64,000 nt of DNA, taken from the NCBI GenBank assembly GCA_963776345.1, contig CAVZMH010000015.1, positions 512,001 through 576,000 on the forward strand, read 5' to 3'. Both the position numbers and the translations under genes were made by a program. The notes under the pieces were generated by a model, which worked only from the letters and a program-made list of their open reading frames with translations, was not told where the DNA came from and ran no database searches. The stretch's first letter is position 1. Each line of letters begins with the position of its first letter. This DNA is from an uncultured delta proteobacterium (GTDB lineage Bacteria; Myxococcota; Myxococcia; Myxococcales; Myxococcaceae). Below, one piece after another: positions 1 through 11,995 of this stretch.

Positions 1-170
1 CCGGGCATCACCGGGTGGCCAGGGAAGTGACCCTCGAAGAACGGCTCGTTGACCGAGACGTTCTTGTACGCCCGCAGCGTCTTGCCGGGGTCGATCGACA
101 CCACCCGGTCCACCAGCAGGAACGGGTAGCGGTGGGGCAGCAGCTTCTGGATCTCCTGCACGTCCATCAT
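1..170 (-). CDS. fabZ: 3-hydroxyacyl-ACP dehydratase FabZ (5' part; runs off window start)
   Basis: Manual translation from ATG 170: [24 protein letters not shown]...[16 protein letters not shown], containing the [11 protein letters not shown] and GHFP FabZ motifs. The ATG overlaps the lpxD stop (ATGA). Confidence 0.95.
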   Translation of the reverse strand, partial: MMDVQEIQKLLPHRYPFLLVDRVVSIDPGKTLRAYKNVSVNEPFFEGHFPGHPVMP

Positions 171-1220
171 GGAGCGGTCTCGTCCTTCCTCGACTCGAGC
201 GCGGCGACCCGCGCGCGGAGCTGTCTCACCTCGCGCAGGAGCTCGGGGAGCTGCTTCAGCGCCGCGGACTGGCGCAGCCAGAGCGCCCGCTCCACGGCGG
301 GATAACCGGAGAACGTCGCGCCGGGCGGCACGTCGTGCGGCACGCCGGACTGGGCCGCGACCCGCGCGCCGTCGCCGATGCGCACGTGCCCCACGATGCC
401 CACCTGGCCGGCGAGCACCACGCCCGCGCCCACCTCGGTGGACCCGGAGATGCCCACCTGGGCGCAGAGGATGGAGAGCGGCCCCACCCGGACGTTGTGG
501 GCGATCTGCACCAGGTTGTCGATCTTGGTGCCCCGGCCGATGACCGTCTCCCCGGTGGTCGCCCGGTCGATGCAGCTGCCCGCCCCCACCTCCACGTCGT
601 CCTCGATGCGGACGATGCCCACCTGGGGCACCTTGACGTGCGCCGGGCCGGCCGGGTCGAAGGCGAAGCCGAAGCCGTCCGAGCCCACCACCACGCCCGG
701 CTGCAGCACCACCCGGTTCCCGAGGAGGCAGCGCTCGCGGACGATCGCCCCGGGCTGGAGCACGACGTCGTCGCCGATCCGGGCGCCCTCGCCGAGATAG
801 CTCCCCGGCCAGAGCACCGACCGGGCGCCGACCACCGCGCCGGCCTCCACCACCGCCAGCGCCATCACCGTCGCCGATGGGTCCAGCTGGGCGGAGGGGT
901 GCACCTCGGCCCGGGGATGAACGCCGCCCGCCGGCCGCGGCGCGGGGTGGAAGAGCGCCAGCAGCCGGGCGAAGGCCAGGTGCGGCGAGGCCACCCTCAC
1001 CCAGGCCACGTCGGTGCGGGTCACCGGCTCGCCGGGCGGGAGCAGCACCGCCGAGGCGCGGGTGGTGCCCAGCTCCTTCCGGTACCGCGCGTTCCCGTAG
1101 AACGAGAGCTCGCCCGGGCCGGCCTCCTCCAGCGAGGCCAGGCCCAGGATGCGGAGCCGCCCGTCACCCTCGACGGTTCCGCCCACGTGGGCGGCGAGAA
1201 TCTGCGAGGGAGCGTTCCAT
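167..1220 (-). CDS. lpxD: UDP-3-O-acyl-glucosamine N-acyltransferase LpxD
   Basis: ORF 167-1186 has hexapeptide repeats, [20 protein letters not shown] and LAGQVG. The likely true start is ATG 1220 (MERSLA...), which is one base out of frame (extra T near 1200). Confidence 0.93.
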
Positions 1221-1234
1221 CCGCCCCCTGAGGA

Positions 1235-1795
1235 TTACTTCTTCTTGGCCGGCGTGGCGACCGGCGCGGAGCCGCCCTTCGGCTTGTTCTGCTCGTTGTA
1301 GGTCCGGACCAGCTGCGCGGTCAGGTCGAGCGAGTCCGGGGCATAGGCGATCCCGGCGGCGTCGAAGACCATGGTGAAGCCCTCGCGCTGGGCGATGGAG
1401 GTGATGACCGTCCGCAGCTTCCCGACGATGGGCTGAAACTCCTCGCTCTCCTTCTGCGCCAGCTCCGCCCGGCCCTTCTCGAAGTTCTGCTGCAGGTCGA
1501 AGAGCCGCTTCTGGAGGGCCTCGGCCTTCTCGTTCCGGGCCTGCTCGGTCATCGTCGTGGCCTGCTTCTGGAACGTCTCCTGGTCCTTCTTCAGGGCGTC
1601 CTGGGCCTTGTCCAGCTCCTTCTGCTTCGTTTCCTTGAGCGCCTCGAGCCGGGTCCTGGCGGCCTTGGCCTCCTCGAGCTCGGCGAGCGCCTTCTGGAAG
1701 TTGACGTAGCCGATCTTCGGCTGGGCGTACGCAGCCGCGGGGAGGGTCAGCGGGATCACGGCGGCGAGGGCCACCAACAGGCGACGGGACGACAT
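1235..1795 (-). CDS. skp: Skp/OmpH periplasmic chaperone
   Basis: Signal peptide, KIGYVNFQKAL, long coiled coil and C-terminal YAPDSLDLT. Located next to lpxD. Confidence 0.88.
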   Translation of the reverse strand: MSSRRLLVALAAVIPLTLPAAAYAQPKIGYVNFQKALAELEEAKAARTRLEALKETKQKELDKAQDALKKDQETFQKQATTMTEQARNEKAEALQKRLFDLQQNFEKGRAELAQKESEEFQPIVGKLRTVITSIAQREGFTMVFDAAGIAYAPDSLDLTAQLVRTYNEQNKPKGGSAPVATPAKKK

Positions 1796-1907
1796 CACGT
1801 GCGTACTCCTCGGGGAGACTCCGGCGATTGGAGGACGACCACCGCCGACCGGAGTGGAACGGAAGCCCCCCGGCGGGTGCTCCCGATGGGGTCGAAAAAG
1901 TTCGCGG

Positions 1908-1937
1908 ACACTAGGAGCAACGCCTTCAATCCGTCAA
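1908..1937 (-). promoter_or_regulatory. Candidate sigma70 promoter for skp-lpxD-fabZ
   Basis: Minus strand TTGACG-N18-TAGTGT in the pntB-skp intergenic region. Confidence 0.5.
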
Positions 1938-2037
1938 GCAGGTGCCACTGGCCGGAGGGACCGGCGCGCGCCCCGCGGGCTCACTCCCCCGACCAGGGGG
2001 ACGCTGCGGAGCCGCGCGGGGCGCGGCGCGATCGGGC

Positions 2038-3426
2038 TCAGAGCGCCTTCACCTCGGTCACCAGCCGGGTCAGCGAGGACTTGGCGTCCCCGAAGAGCAT
2101 CGAGGTGTTCGGGGCGTAGAACAGGTGGTTCTCGATGCCGGCGAAGCCGGGGTTCATGCTCCGCTTGAGCACGATGACGCCCTTGGACTTGTCCACGTCG
2201 AGGATGGGCATCCCGTAGATGGGGCTCGCGGGGTCGCTCCGGGCCGCGGGGTTGACCACGTCGTTGGCGCCGATGACCAGGGCCACGTCCGCCCGCTCGA
2301 ACTCCGGGTTGATGTCCTCCATGTCGTAGAGCCGGTCGTAGGGGACGTTGGCCTCGGCCAGGAGCACGTTCATGTGCCCGGGCATGCGGCCCGCCACCGG
2401 GTGGATGGCGTACTTCACCGTCACCCCGCGCTTCTCGAGCAGGTCCGCCAGCTCGCGCACCACGTGCTGCGCCTGCGCCACCGCCATGCCGTAGCCCGGG
2501 ACGACGATGACCTGCCCGGCGTAGGCCATCTGGATCGCCGCGTCCTCGGCAGAGACGCTCCGGACGGTGAGGTCCTTGGCGCCCGCTCCCGCGGCCAGCG
2601 CCGGCGCCACCGAGCCGAAGGCGCCGAAGAGCACGTTGCCGAAGCTGCGGTTCATCGCCTTGGACATCAGGACGGAGAGCAGGAAGCCCGAGGCCCCGTC
2701 CAGCGCACCGCAGATGATGAGGACGTTGTTCTGGATGGCGAACCCCGTCGCGGCGGAGGCGAGCCCGGCGTACGAGTTGAGGAGCGAGACCACCACCGGC
2801 ATGTCCGCCCCACCGATGGGGAGGACCATGAAGACGCCCAGGAGCAGCGCCAGGCCGATCATCGCGTAGAACACCACCGAGCTCTCCGGCCGGGCGATGA
2901 GGAAGACGAACATCAGCACCGCCACCCCGAAGAGGGTGATGTTGACCGTGTTCTGGCCCCGGTAGGTGACCGGCTTGCCGGTGATGAATTCCTGGAGCTT
3001 CCCGAAGGCCATGAAGCTGCCGGTGACGGTGAGCGCACCGAACAGCACCTCGAAGCCCAGGGCGGCCATCATCTGCCGCGGGACCGGGCCCGTGTGGCCC
3101 TGGTACTCGGCGATGCCCACCAGCGTCGCCGCCAGCGCGCCGAACATGTGGCTGATGGCGATCCGCTGCGGCATGGCGGTCATGGGGACGAACATCCCCA
3201 GCGGGTAGCCGATGACCGTCCCGAGGATGAGCCCCAGGGCGATGAAGTCGAAGCGGATGATCTCGTGGTTGAAGAGCGTGCCGACGATCGCCAGCACCAT
3301 CCCCAGGAACGCCTGCTGCATGCCCAGGCGGGCCTTGTCCGGGTGCGAGAGGCTCTTCAGGCCGAGGATGAAGAGCACCGAGGCGGCCAGGTAGATGGCC
3401 TGGATGACCAGCTCGCGGACGTTCAT
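2038..3426 (-). CDS. pntB: NAD(P) transhydrogenase beta subunit
   Basis: Multi-TM N-half, PIGGADMPVVVSLLNSY, VPGYGMAVAQAQH, HPVAGRMPGHMNVLLAEA and GANDVVNPAA. Confidence 0.97.
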   Translation of the reverse strand: MNVRELVIQAIYLAASVLFILGLKSLSHPDKARLGMQQAFLGMVLAIVGTLFNHEIIRFDFIALGLILGTVIGYPLGMFVPMTAMPQRIAISHMFGALAATLVGIAEYQGHTGPVPRQMMAALGFEVLFGALTVTGSFMAFGKLQEFITGKPVTYRGQNTVNITLFGVAVLMFVFLIARPESSVVFYAMIGLALLLGVFMVLPIGGADMPVVVSLLNSYAGLASAATGFAIQNNVLIICGALDGASGFLLSVLMSKAMNRSFGNVLFGAFGSVAPALAAGAGAKDLTVRSVSAEDAAIQMAYAGQVIVVPGYGMAVAQAQHVVRELADLLEKRGVTVKYAIHPVAGRMPGHMNVLLAEANVPYDRLYDMEDINPEFERADVALVIGANDVVNPAARSDPASPIYGMPILDVDKSKGVIVLKRSMNPGFAGIENHLFYAPNTSMLFGDAKSSLTRLVTEVKAL

Positions 3427-3758
3427 CGGGCCGCCCCTCCCTGGGGCCCGGCCTTCTCCACCGCGGCGCCGGGCGCAGGCTTCACGTCCCGGCGGAACAT
3501 CTTCAACATCCGGTCGGTGATCAGGAACCCGCCCACCACGTTGATGCTGGCCGCGGTCACCGCCACGAAGCCGAGCCAGTTCGACAGGGTGTCCCGGTTG
3601 GCCCCGGCCAGCACCAGCGAGCCCACCAGGCTGATGGCCGAGATGGCGTTGGTCGCCGACATCAGCGGGGTGTGCAGGAGCGGCGGGACGCGGGTGATGA
3701 CCTGGTAGCCCACGAACGCGGCGAGCACGAACACGTACAGCTCGATGATGCTGGTCAC
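3423..3758 (-). CDS. pntAb: NAD(P) transhydrogenase alpha subunit part 2 (membrane)
   Basis: LHTPLMSATNAISAI and NVVGGFLITDRML motifs. Confidence 0.95.
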   Translation of the reverse strand: MTSIIELYVFVLAAFVGYQVITRVPPLLHTPLMSATNAISAISLVGSLVLAGANRDTLSNWLGFVAVTAASINVVGGFLITDRMLKMFRRDVKPAPGAAVEKAGPQGGAAR

Positions 3759-4873
3759 CGTCCGCTCCCTCCCGGCGCCTGCCCGTTCAGCGTGACGAGC
3801 ATCGCCTTGGTGATCTCGTCCTCGGGGTCGAGCTTCAGCGCTCCCTCCTTGGTCGAGAGGTGCTGCACCAGGGTCAACACGTTGCGGGCGAACATCTGGC
3901 TCGCGTGCAGGGGCACCGTGGCCGCGAGCTGCACCGGCCCGAGGATGGTCACCCCGCCGACCACCACCCGCTCCCCTGCCCGCGTTCCTTCCACGTTTCC
4001 GCCGGTCTCGGCCGCGAGGTCCACCACCACCGAGCCGGGCCGGAGCGTGGCCAGCACCGCAGCGTCCACCAGCACCGGCGCCTTCCTCCCCGGCACCTGG
4101 GCGGTGCAGACCAGGAGGTCCTGCTGCGGAATGGCCGCCGCCAGCGCCGCGCGCGTCTTCGCCTCCTCCTCCGCGGTCTGGGCGCGGGCGTAGCCGCCGG
4201 CGGCCTCCGCGTCGGCGCTCACCTCGGGACCGACGAACGTCGCCCCGAGGCTGAGGACCTGCTCGCGCGCGGCCGGCCGGACGTCGAACCCGGCCACCAC
4301 CGCCCCGAGCCGCCGGGCGGTGGCGATGGCCTGGAGGCCGGCGACGCCCGCCCCGAGCACCAGCACCCGGGACGGGGCCAGCGTGCCCGCGGCGGTGGTG
4401 AGCATGGGGAGGAGCTTGCCCAGCTCGGCTGCGCCGAGGAGCACCGCCTTGTACCCCGCCACCGTGGCCTGGGAGCTGAGGACGTCCATCATCTGGGCCC
4501 GGGTGATGCGTGGCACCCGCTCCAGCGCGAGCAGGGTCAGACGGCGGGCGGCGAGCGCGGGGATGAGCGCGTCGGGCGGCTCGACCCCGAGCATCGACAC
4601 CACCGTCGTGCCCTCGGGCGCCTCCCCCAGCTCGGCCGGGGTGGGCCGGCGCACCCGGGCCCAGAGCTCGGCCCCGGTGAGCGCCTCGGCGCGGGAGTCC
4701 AGGACCCGCGCCCCGGCCTTCTCGTAGTCGGCGTCGAGCGCGCCGGCGGCGAGACCCGCCCCGCGCTGCACCGAGATTCGATGTCCGGACTTGGTGAGCC
4801 GCTGCACCACCTCGGGAACCAGCGCCACCCGGGCCTCGCCGGGTGCAGTCTCCCGTAGCACCGCGATGCGCAT
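3755..4873 (-). CDS. pntAa: NAD(P) transhydrogenase alpha subunit part 1 (NAD-binding)
   Basis: RVALVPE, PRITRAQMMDVLSSQA, GAGVAGLQAIATARRLGA and VVDLAAETGGN. Confidence 0.96.
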   Translation of the reverse strand: MRIAVLRETAPGEARVALVPEVVQRLTKSGHRISVQRGAGLAAGALDADYEKAGARVLDSRAEALTGAELWARVRRPTPAELGEAPEGTTVVSMLGVEPPDALIPALAARRLTLLALERVPRITRAQMMDVLSSQATVAGYKAVLLGAAELGKLLPMLTTAAGTLAPSRVLVLGAGVAGLQAIATARRLGAVVAGFDVRPAAREQVLSLGATFVGPEVSADAEAAGGYARAQTAEEEAKTRAALAAAIPQQDLLVCTAQVPGRKAPVLVDAAVLATLRPGSVVVDLAAETGGNVEGTRAGERVVVGGVTILGPVQLAATVPLHASQMFARNVLTLVQHLSTKEGALKLDPEDEITKAMLVTLNGQAPGGSGR

Positions 4874-4886
4874 CAGGAGAGCCTCC

Positions 4887-7370
4887 CTAGAAGGAATTGC
4901 CGATGGTGAACTCGAAGAGGATCGGATCGTCCGTCGGTCTGCGGGTCAGCGGAATGCCCCACTCAAATCGTAGCGGACCGACGGGAGAGAACCAGCGAAT
5001 CCCGAAGCCCACCGACCAGAACAGTCCCAGCGGAAGTGAGTGTTGTTTGTCTTCGAAGAAGCTGGCGTTCACGGCGAAGGCATTGCCGGCGTCCAAGAAG
5101 AGCACGCCCTTGACGCCCACCTTCGGAACGATGGGGATCTCCAGCTCGAGGTTGAGCACGAACTGCTTGTTGCCGCCGACCACGAACTCGGTCACCGGGC
5201 AGTCCGGACGGTTGCAGGTGGGCACCAGGATGGTCGGCGAGATCGAGTTCAGGAAGTAGCCGCGGATGGTCTGGATGCCACCCAGGTAATAGAGCTCGGA
5301 GACCGGCAGAGGACGGTAGGAGTCCAGGTTGGCGATGTATCCGATGGTGGTGTTGGTCTTGAACACGATGCCCAGCGGCAGCGTGAAGTAGAAGCGCGAG
5401 AACAGCGTGTAGCGCGCGTAGTTCAGGTCTCCGCCGAGCCAGTCCGGCGCGAACTCGGCCGAGGCGAACTGGTAGAAGCCCTTGCTCGGGAAGAGGCGGT
5501 TGTCGCGCTTGTCCCAGGCCAGGGTGAACCGGGCCGCGGAGGTGACCTGGGTCCCGATGCGGAACCGGCCGTAGAGCGGCGTGGTGTTGGTGTTGACCAC
5601 CCCGGCGTTGGGGCCGAGGCCCGTGCCGCCCGGCGAGGCCTCCACCCACTCCCGGGTGTACCCCACGCTGGCGATGAGGTCGTCCAGGAGGTGGTAGCCG
5701 AGCCCGAGCGATCCGCCCAGCGACTGCCGGGTGAAGTCGAACTGGTCGATCTGGGTCCGGTAGATGTCGAAGGAGAAGATCCAGTCGCTGTCGAAGAAGT
5801 ACGGGTCGTAATACGACAGCTGCACCAGCTGCCGGAGGCTGGAGAGCTGGGCGGAGAGCGAGACCGTCTGCCCCCAGCCGAGGAAGTTGTTCTGGGTGAC
5901 CTGGGCGGTGAAGATGAAGCTCTCCACCGAGCTGAAGCCGAAGCCCACCTGGAAGCTGCCGGTGCTCTTCTCCTTCACCTCGACCGAGACCACCACGTGG
6001 GTGTCGTCACGGCCGGGCTTGAAGTTCATCTCCACCGTCTCGAAGAAGCCGAGCGCGGTGACCCGGTCCTTGCTCCGCCGCATCCCGCTGGCGGAGAAGA
6101 GATCGCCCTCGTAGATGCGGAGCTCGCGTCGGATGACCTTGTCCCGGGTCTTGGTGTTCCCGGTGATCTCGATCCGGTCGATGGTCTGGAGCTTGCCCTT
6201 CTCCACCCGGAAGTCGAGCGCCACGGTCCTCTCTTGAGGATTGACCGAGGTCTCGGGGTTGAAGTTGGCGTAGGCGAAGCCCTGGTCCTGGTAGATGTCG
6301 GCCAGCGACTGGTCGTCCTTCAGGACCTTGGCCCGGCTGAAGTAGTCCCCCTTGCGCGACTCGAGCACCGCGAACAGCCGGTCCTTGGGGACGATGAGGT
6401 CGCCCGAGAAGTCGATGCTCGAGATCCGGTACTGCTCGCCCTCGGTGATCTTCACCGTGATGTAGATCAGCCGCTTGTCGGGCGAGAGCGCGACGGTGGG
6501 CTTCTCCACCTTCACGTTGAGGAAGCCGCGGTCGTAGTAGGCGGCCTCGATGACCGAGAGGTCGCGCTGGAACGCCTCCTCGCGGAACGTGCCCTCGCCG
6601 GTGAGGAACCCGAAGTAGTTCCCCTCCCGGGTGATCATCAGGGACTTGAGGTCCTCGGCCGAGACCTTGTCGGTGCCGATGAGGTTCACCTGCTTCACCA
6701 TGACCTTGGCGTGCTCGTTGATGACGAACACCACGTCGGCCTGGTTGGTGCCCTGGACGGGGACGATCTTGTGGGTGACCTCGGCGAGGAAGAAGCCCTT
6801 CTCGACGTACTTCTCCTGGATCTTCTTGACGTTCCGCCTCACCGCGTCCAGGTCGAGGATCGCGTACGGCTTGAGGTCGATGGTGTCCTTGAAGTCCTCC
6901 TTGTTGAGCTCCTCGGCGCCCTGGAGCCGCCACTCGTGGATCGACGGACGCTCCGACACCCGCACCACGTAGACGATGCCGCCGGTGGGCAGCCGCTGGG
7001 TGAGCAGCTGGAGGTCCTGGAAGTAGCCCAGGCTCCACAGCGACTGGAGGTCCGCGCCGGTGAGCGCGGGGTCGAAGGGACGGCCCAGCTTGTTCTTCAG
7101 GGCGCGCTTGACGACCTCCGGCTCGACCCGGCGGTTCCCCTCGACGCGCACCTCGGTGATGACGTCCGAGTCGCTCGGCACCGGAACGTCGGCCCGGGTC
7201 GCGGCGCCCTGGGTTCCGCCATCCAGTGTCTCCGGCGCGCCCTGGACCTCGGCCGGCGCAGGCGCGCCCCCGTCGACCGCCTGACCGCGCGAGGCGGCGG
7301 GGAGGACGAGCACGAGCAGGGCGGCGGCCAGGAGCCAGGTGGCGGTCGTCTTGCGTGCGAAAACGTTCAA
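4887..7370 (-). CDS. bamA: Outer membrane protein assembly factor BamA
   Basis: POTRA repeats (GNTKTRDKVIRRE), IRGY motif and C-terminal FEFTIGNSF. Start uncertain: TTG 7370 precedes the signal peptide, while the ORF track starts at 7436. Confidence 0.95.
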   Translation of the reverse strand: MNVFARKTTATWLLAAALLVLVLPAASRGQAVDGGAPAPAEVQGAPETLDGGTQGAATRADVPVPSDSDVITEVRVEGNRRVEPEVVKRALKNKLGRPFDPALTGADLQSLWSLGYFQDLQLLTQRLPTGGIVYVVRVSERPSIHEWRLQGAEELNKEDFKDTIDLKPYAILDLDAVRRNVKKIQEKYVEKGFFLAEVTHKIVPVQGTNQADVVFVINEHAKVMVKQVNLIGTDKVSAEDLKSLMITREGNYFGFLTGEGTFREEAFQRDLSVIEAAYYDRGFLNVKVEKPTVALSPDKRLIYITVKITEGEQYRISSIDFSGDLIVPKDRLFAVLESRKGDYFSRAKVLKDDQSLADIYQDQGFAYANFNPETSVNPQERTVALDFRVEKGKLQTIDRIEITGNTKTRDKVIRRELRIYEGDLFSASGMRRSKDRVTALGFFETVEMNFKPGRDDTHVVVSVEVKEKSTGSFQVGFGFSSVESFIFTAQVTQNNFLGWGQTVSLSAQLSSLRQLVQLSYYDPYFFDSDWIFSFDIYRTQIDQFDFTRQSLGGSLGLGYHLLDDLIASVGYTREWVEASPGGTGLGPNAGVVNTNTTPLYGRFRIGTQVTSAARFTLAWDKRDNRLFPSKGFYQFASAEFAPDWLGGDLNYARYTLFSRFYFTLPLGIVFKTNTTIGYIANLDSYRPLPVSELYYLGGIQTIRGYFLNSISPTILVPTCNRPDCPVTEFVVGGNKQFVLNLELEIPIVPKVGVKGVLFLDAGNAFAVNASFFEDKQHSLPLGLFWSVGFGIRWFSPVGPLRFEWGIPLTRRPTDDPILFEFTIGNSF

Positions 7371-7448
7371 CCTCGTCGAGGTACGGCGGCCGTTGGAAGG
7401 GCGCGCACTGTAGGGGAGGGAGGAGGACACGGACAATGGTGAAAAGCG

Positions 7449-8123
7449 CTACGCCGGCTCGACCTTGCCCCCGGCGAGCCGCAGCCTCCGCGGCATCGAG
7501 CGGGCCAGCGCCTCGTTGTGGGTCACCACCACGGCCGTGATGCCCAGGTCCCGGTTCACCTCGCGCAGCACCTGGTGGATGCCCTCGCCCGTCACCGGGT
7601 CCAGGTTCCCGGTGGGCTCGTCGGCGAGCAGGAGCGGCGGCTCGAGCACCAGCGCCCTCGCCAGCGCCACCCGCTGCGCCTCGCCGCCGGACAGCTCGCC
7701 CGGACGGTGGTCCACGCGGGAGGCCAGCCCCACCCGCTCCAGCAGCTCCCGCGCACGCCTCAGGGCCACCGAGCGATCGATGCGCTGCACCAGCGCGGGG
7801 ATGGCCACGTTCTCCAGCGCGGTGAACTCGGGCAGCAGGTAGTGGCTCTGGAAGACGAAGCCCACCGTCCGGTTCCGGAACCGGGCCAGGTCGGCGTCGC
7901 CGAGCGCGAGCACGTCCACCCCGTCCACCTCCATCGTCCCCGCCACCGGGGCATCGAGCGTCCCGAGCACGTGCAGGAAGGTGCTCTTCCCCGAGCCCGA
8001 CGCGCCGACCAGGCTCACCAGCTCGCCCCGCTCGATGTGCAGCGACAGGCCGCGCAGCACGTCGATGCGCTTGCCGTGCAGCCAGTAGCTCTTGGACAGC
8101 TCGCTGATCTCGATGAAGGCCAT
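7449..8123 (-). CDS. lolD: Lipoprotein-releasing ABC ATPase LolD
   Basis: ATG 8123 MAFIEISELSK. Walker A GASGSGKST, LSGGEAQRVALARAL and ADEPTGNLD. Confidence 0.92.
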   Translation of the reverse strand: MAFIEISELSKSYWLHGKRIDVLRGLSLHIERGELVSLVGASGSGKSTFLHVLGTLDAPVAGTMEVDGVDVLALGDADLARFRNRTVGFVFQSHYLLPEFTALENVAIPALVQRIDRSVALRRARELLERVGLASRVDHRPGELSGGEAQRVALARALVLEPPLLLADEPTGNLDPVTGEGIHQVLREVNRDLGITAVVVTHNEALARSMPRRLRLAGGKVEPA

Positions 8124-8131
8124 TGCCCGCG

Positions 8132-10467
8132 CTACTCCCCCTTCAGCCCTTCCACCGGCTCGACCCGCGAGGCGCGGAGCGCCGGGTAGATCGAGGCCAG
8201 GTAGGTCACCAGGACTGCGATGAGCACCGTCAGCGCGGTCTGCAGCGGCTCGATCTTCACCGGCAACGAGGGGATGTAATAGACCTCCGGGTCCAGCCGG
8301 AGCCCAACCTTCTCGATGAAGAGGCACCAGGCGAGGCCGGCGAAGAGCCCGAGCACGCCCCCGGCGATGCCGATCTGGAGCCCCTCGGCGAGGAAGATCT
8401 TCACGATGCCGCCCTGGGGCACGCCCAGCGCCTTGAGCACCGAGATCTCCTTGCGCTTCTCGAGGACCAGCATGGTCACCGTGGCCACGATGAGCCCTGC
8501 GGCCACCACGACGATGATCGAGAGGATGATGCCCATCACCAGCTTCTCCAGCCGGAGCGCGGAGAAGAGGTTCCGGTTCATCTCCCCCCAGTCCTTGGTG
8601 CGGTAGGGGTACCCCTCCAGGGTGTTGAGCACGGCCGAGGCGATGCGCCGGGCGTCGTCCACGTCCTTGACCTTGAGCTCGACACCCGTGGCCCCGGGGA
8701 TGCCGAAGAATTGCTCGGCCGCCTGCAGGCCGACGTAGACGAACTTCGAGTCGTACTCGAACATTCCCGTGTAGAAGATGCCGGCCACCCGGAAGGCCTT
8801 CGACTTGGGAATGGGCCCGGACGGCCCCATTCCGCCGCCGAGGGGCGAGACCACCGTGACCGGGTCGCCCACCAGCACCCGGAGGCTCGAGGCGAGCTCC
8901 CGGCCGAGCAGGATGCCCTGGAGCGGCGGACCCGCCGGCGCGTCCTTGGGGGTCTGGATGACGTCGTCGTCGACCGGCTTGTCGAGCTTGTAGCGGGTCC
9001 GCACCGGGATGTCCTCGGGGTGCGAAAGCCACCGGATGTCACCGCCCGGGAGCACGTTCTTCGGCAGGTCCGTCACCTGCCCCGCAGTGGCCGGATCCAC
9101 GCCCTTGATGATGGCCCCGTCGACGTTGGCCTCGCTGGAGACCATCACCTGCCCGAGGAGGAAGGGCGTCTGGCCGATGACGCCGGGCACCCCGGCGACC
9201 TTCTTCATCACCTCCGGGTACTCGGGCATCCCGGCCTGCGGGTCGCCGTACTTGAGCACCACCACGTGGGCGTTGGTGCCGAGGATCTTCTTCTGGAGGT
9301 CGACCTCGAAGCCGCTCATCACGCTGAGGACGATGATCAGCGCCATCACCCCGACCCCCACCCCGCCCACGCTGAGCGCGGTCATCATCGCGGTGGGGGA
9401 CTGGCTCCGCTCCTGGGCCTCGTGGAGCGCCTTGGCCGCTGCCAGCGGGTCGCGCCGGCCCAGCTCCCGGATGCGCGTCCGCTCCACCGCCGCGTCCGCC
9501 GCCCGCAGGATGCCCAGGATGATGAGCGGAGGGATGATGCCCAGCAGCAGGACCCCCAGCGCGCCGAGGAGCAGCCTGGGCCGGAACACGTTGACGTGCC
9601 GCCGGGCCACGAACAGCTCGAACCCGGTCCGCACGTCGAGCCGGCCGGAGGCGTTGGCCACGAAACCGGTGAGGATGCCCAGGGTGAGCGCCAGCACCAG
9701 GAGGCTGAACACCAGCCAGTACCCCAGCTCGGGCCGGCCGAGGAGATTGGCCAGGTAGATGACCTCCCGGAGCCTCGAGCCGAGCGTCGCATCCAGCGCG
9801 GGCACCGCCGGGATGACCGAGAGGAGCGCGGGCAGCGGCACGCCGAGGTAGAGGACGGCGATGGTCGCCTCGGGCGCCGAGAGCTTGCGCGACCGCGCTG
9901 CGCCCACGAACCCGCCGACGAAGGCCACCGCCGCCGCGGCGCTGAGCGCCACTCCGAAGGCCGCGGGGGGCCCCCAGCCCACGCCGCGGGACGCCGAGGC
10001 CAGCGCGGTCTGGAGCAGCACCAGCACCAGCTCGGCGCCGAGGATGCCCAACCCGTAGGCGACCAGGGTGGAGAGGTGGAAGTCGCGCCAGCCTGCGAGC
10101 GGGGCCGAGAGCGCCGGCCCGGTGGGCTCGGGCGTCGCGGGTCCGGCGTCGGCCCTCCGGGCGCCCCCGAGCGCCACCAGCGCCCAGCCGACCAGCCAGG
10201 CCACGGCGGCGGGACCGAGCAGCCACGCGCCCGGCACCGGGGCGACAGCCCGCCTGGCGTCGAGCACGCCCTTGACCGCGCCCACCAGCGGGCCCCAGCC
10301 GACCGCACCGAGGCCGAGCCGGGCCAGCACCGGGCCCCAGGCGCCGGTCCGCCCGAGCTCCACCGCCGCGAGCACCGCGCCGGCGAGCACCAGCGCCGCG
10401 CCCACGCCCCGGAGGACCCAGTGGCCCCGGGTGGAGACGGGAGCGGTGACGCCGAGCGCCTCGTCCA

Positions 10468-10468
<1 letters not shown>
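8132..10468 (-). CDS. lolE: LolC/E lipoprotein-releasing permease with long N-terminal multi-TM extension
   Basis: C-terminal ~470 aa match LolC/E (IVLSVMSGFE, LFSALRLEK, EKRKEISVLKALG, YPALRASRVEPVEGL). Adjacent to lolD. Confidence 0.88.
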
Positions 10469-11982
<1,514 letters not shown>

Positions 11983-11995
11983 GGGAGGCCCTCTC

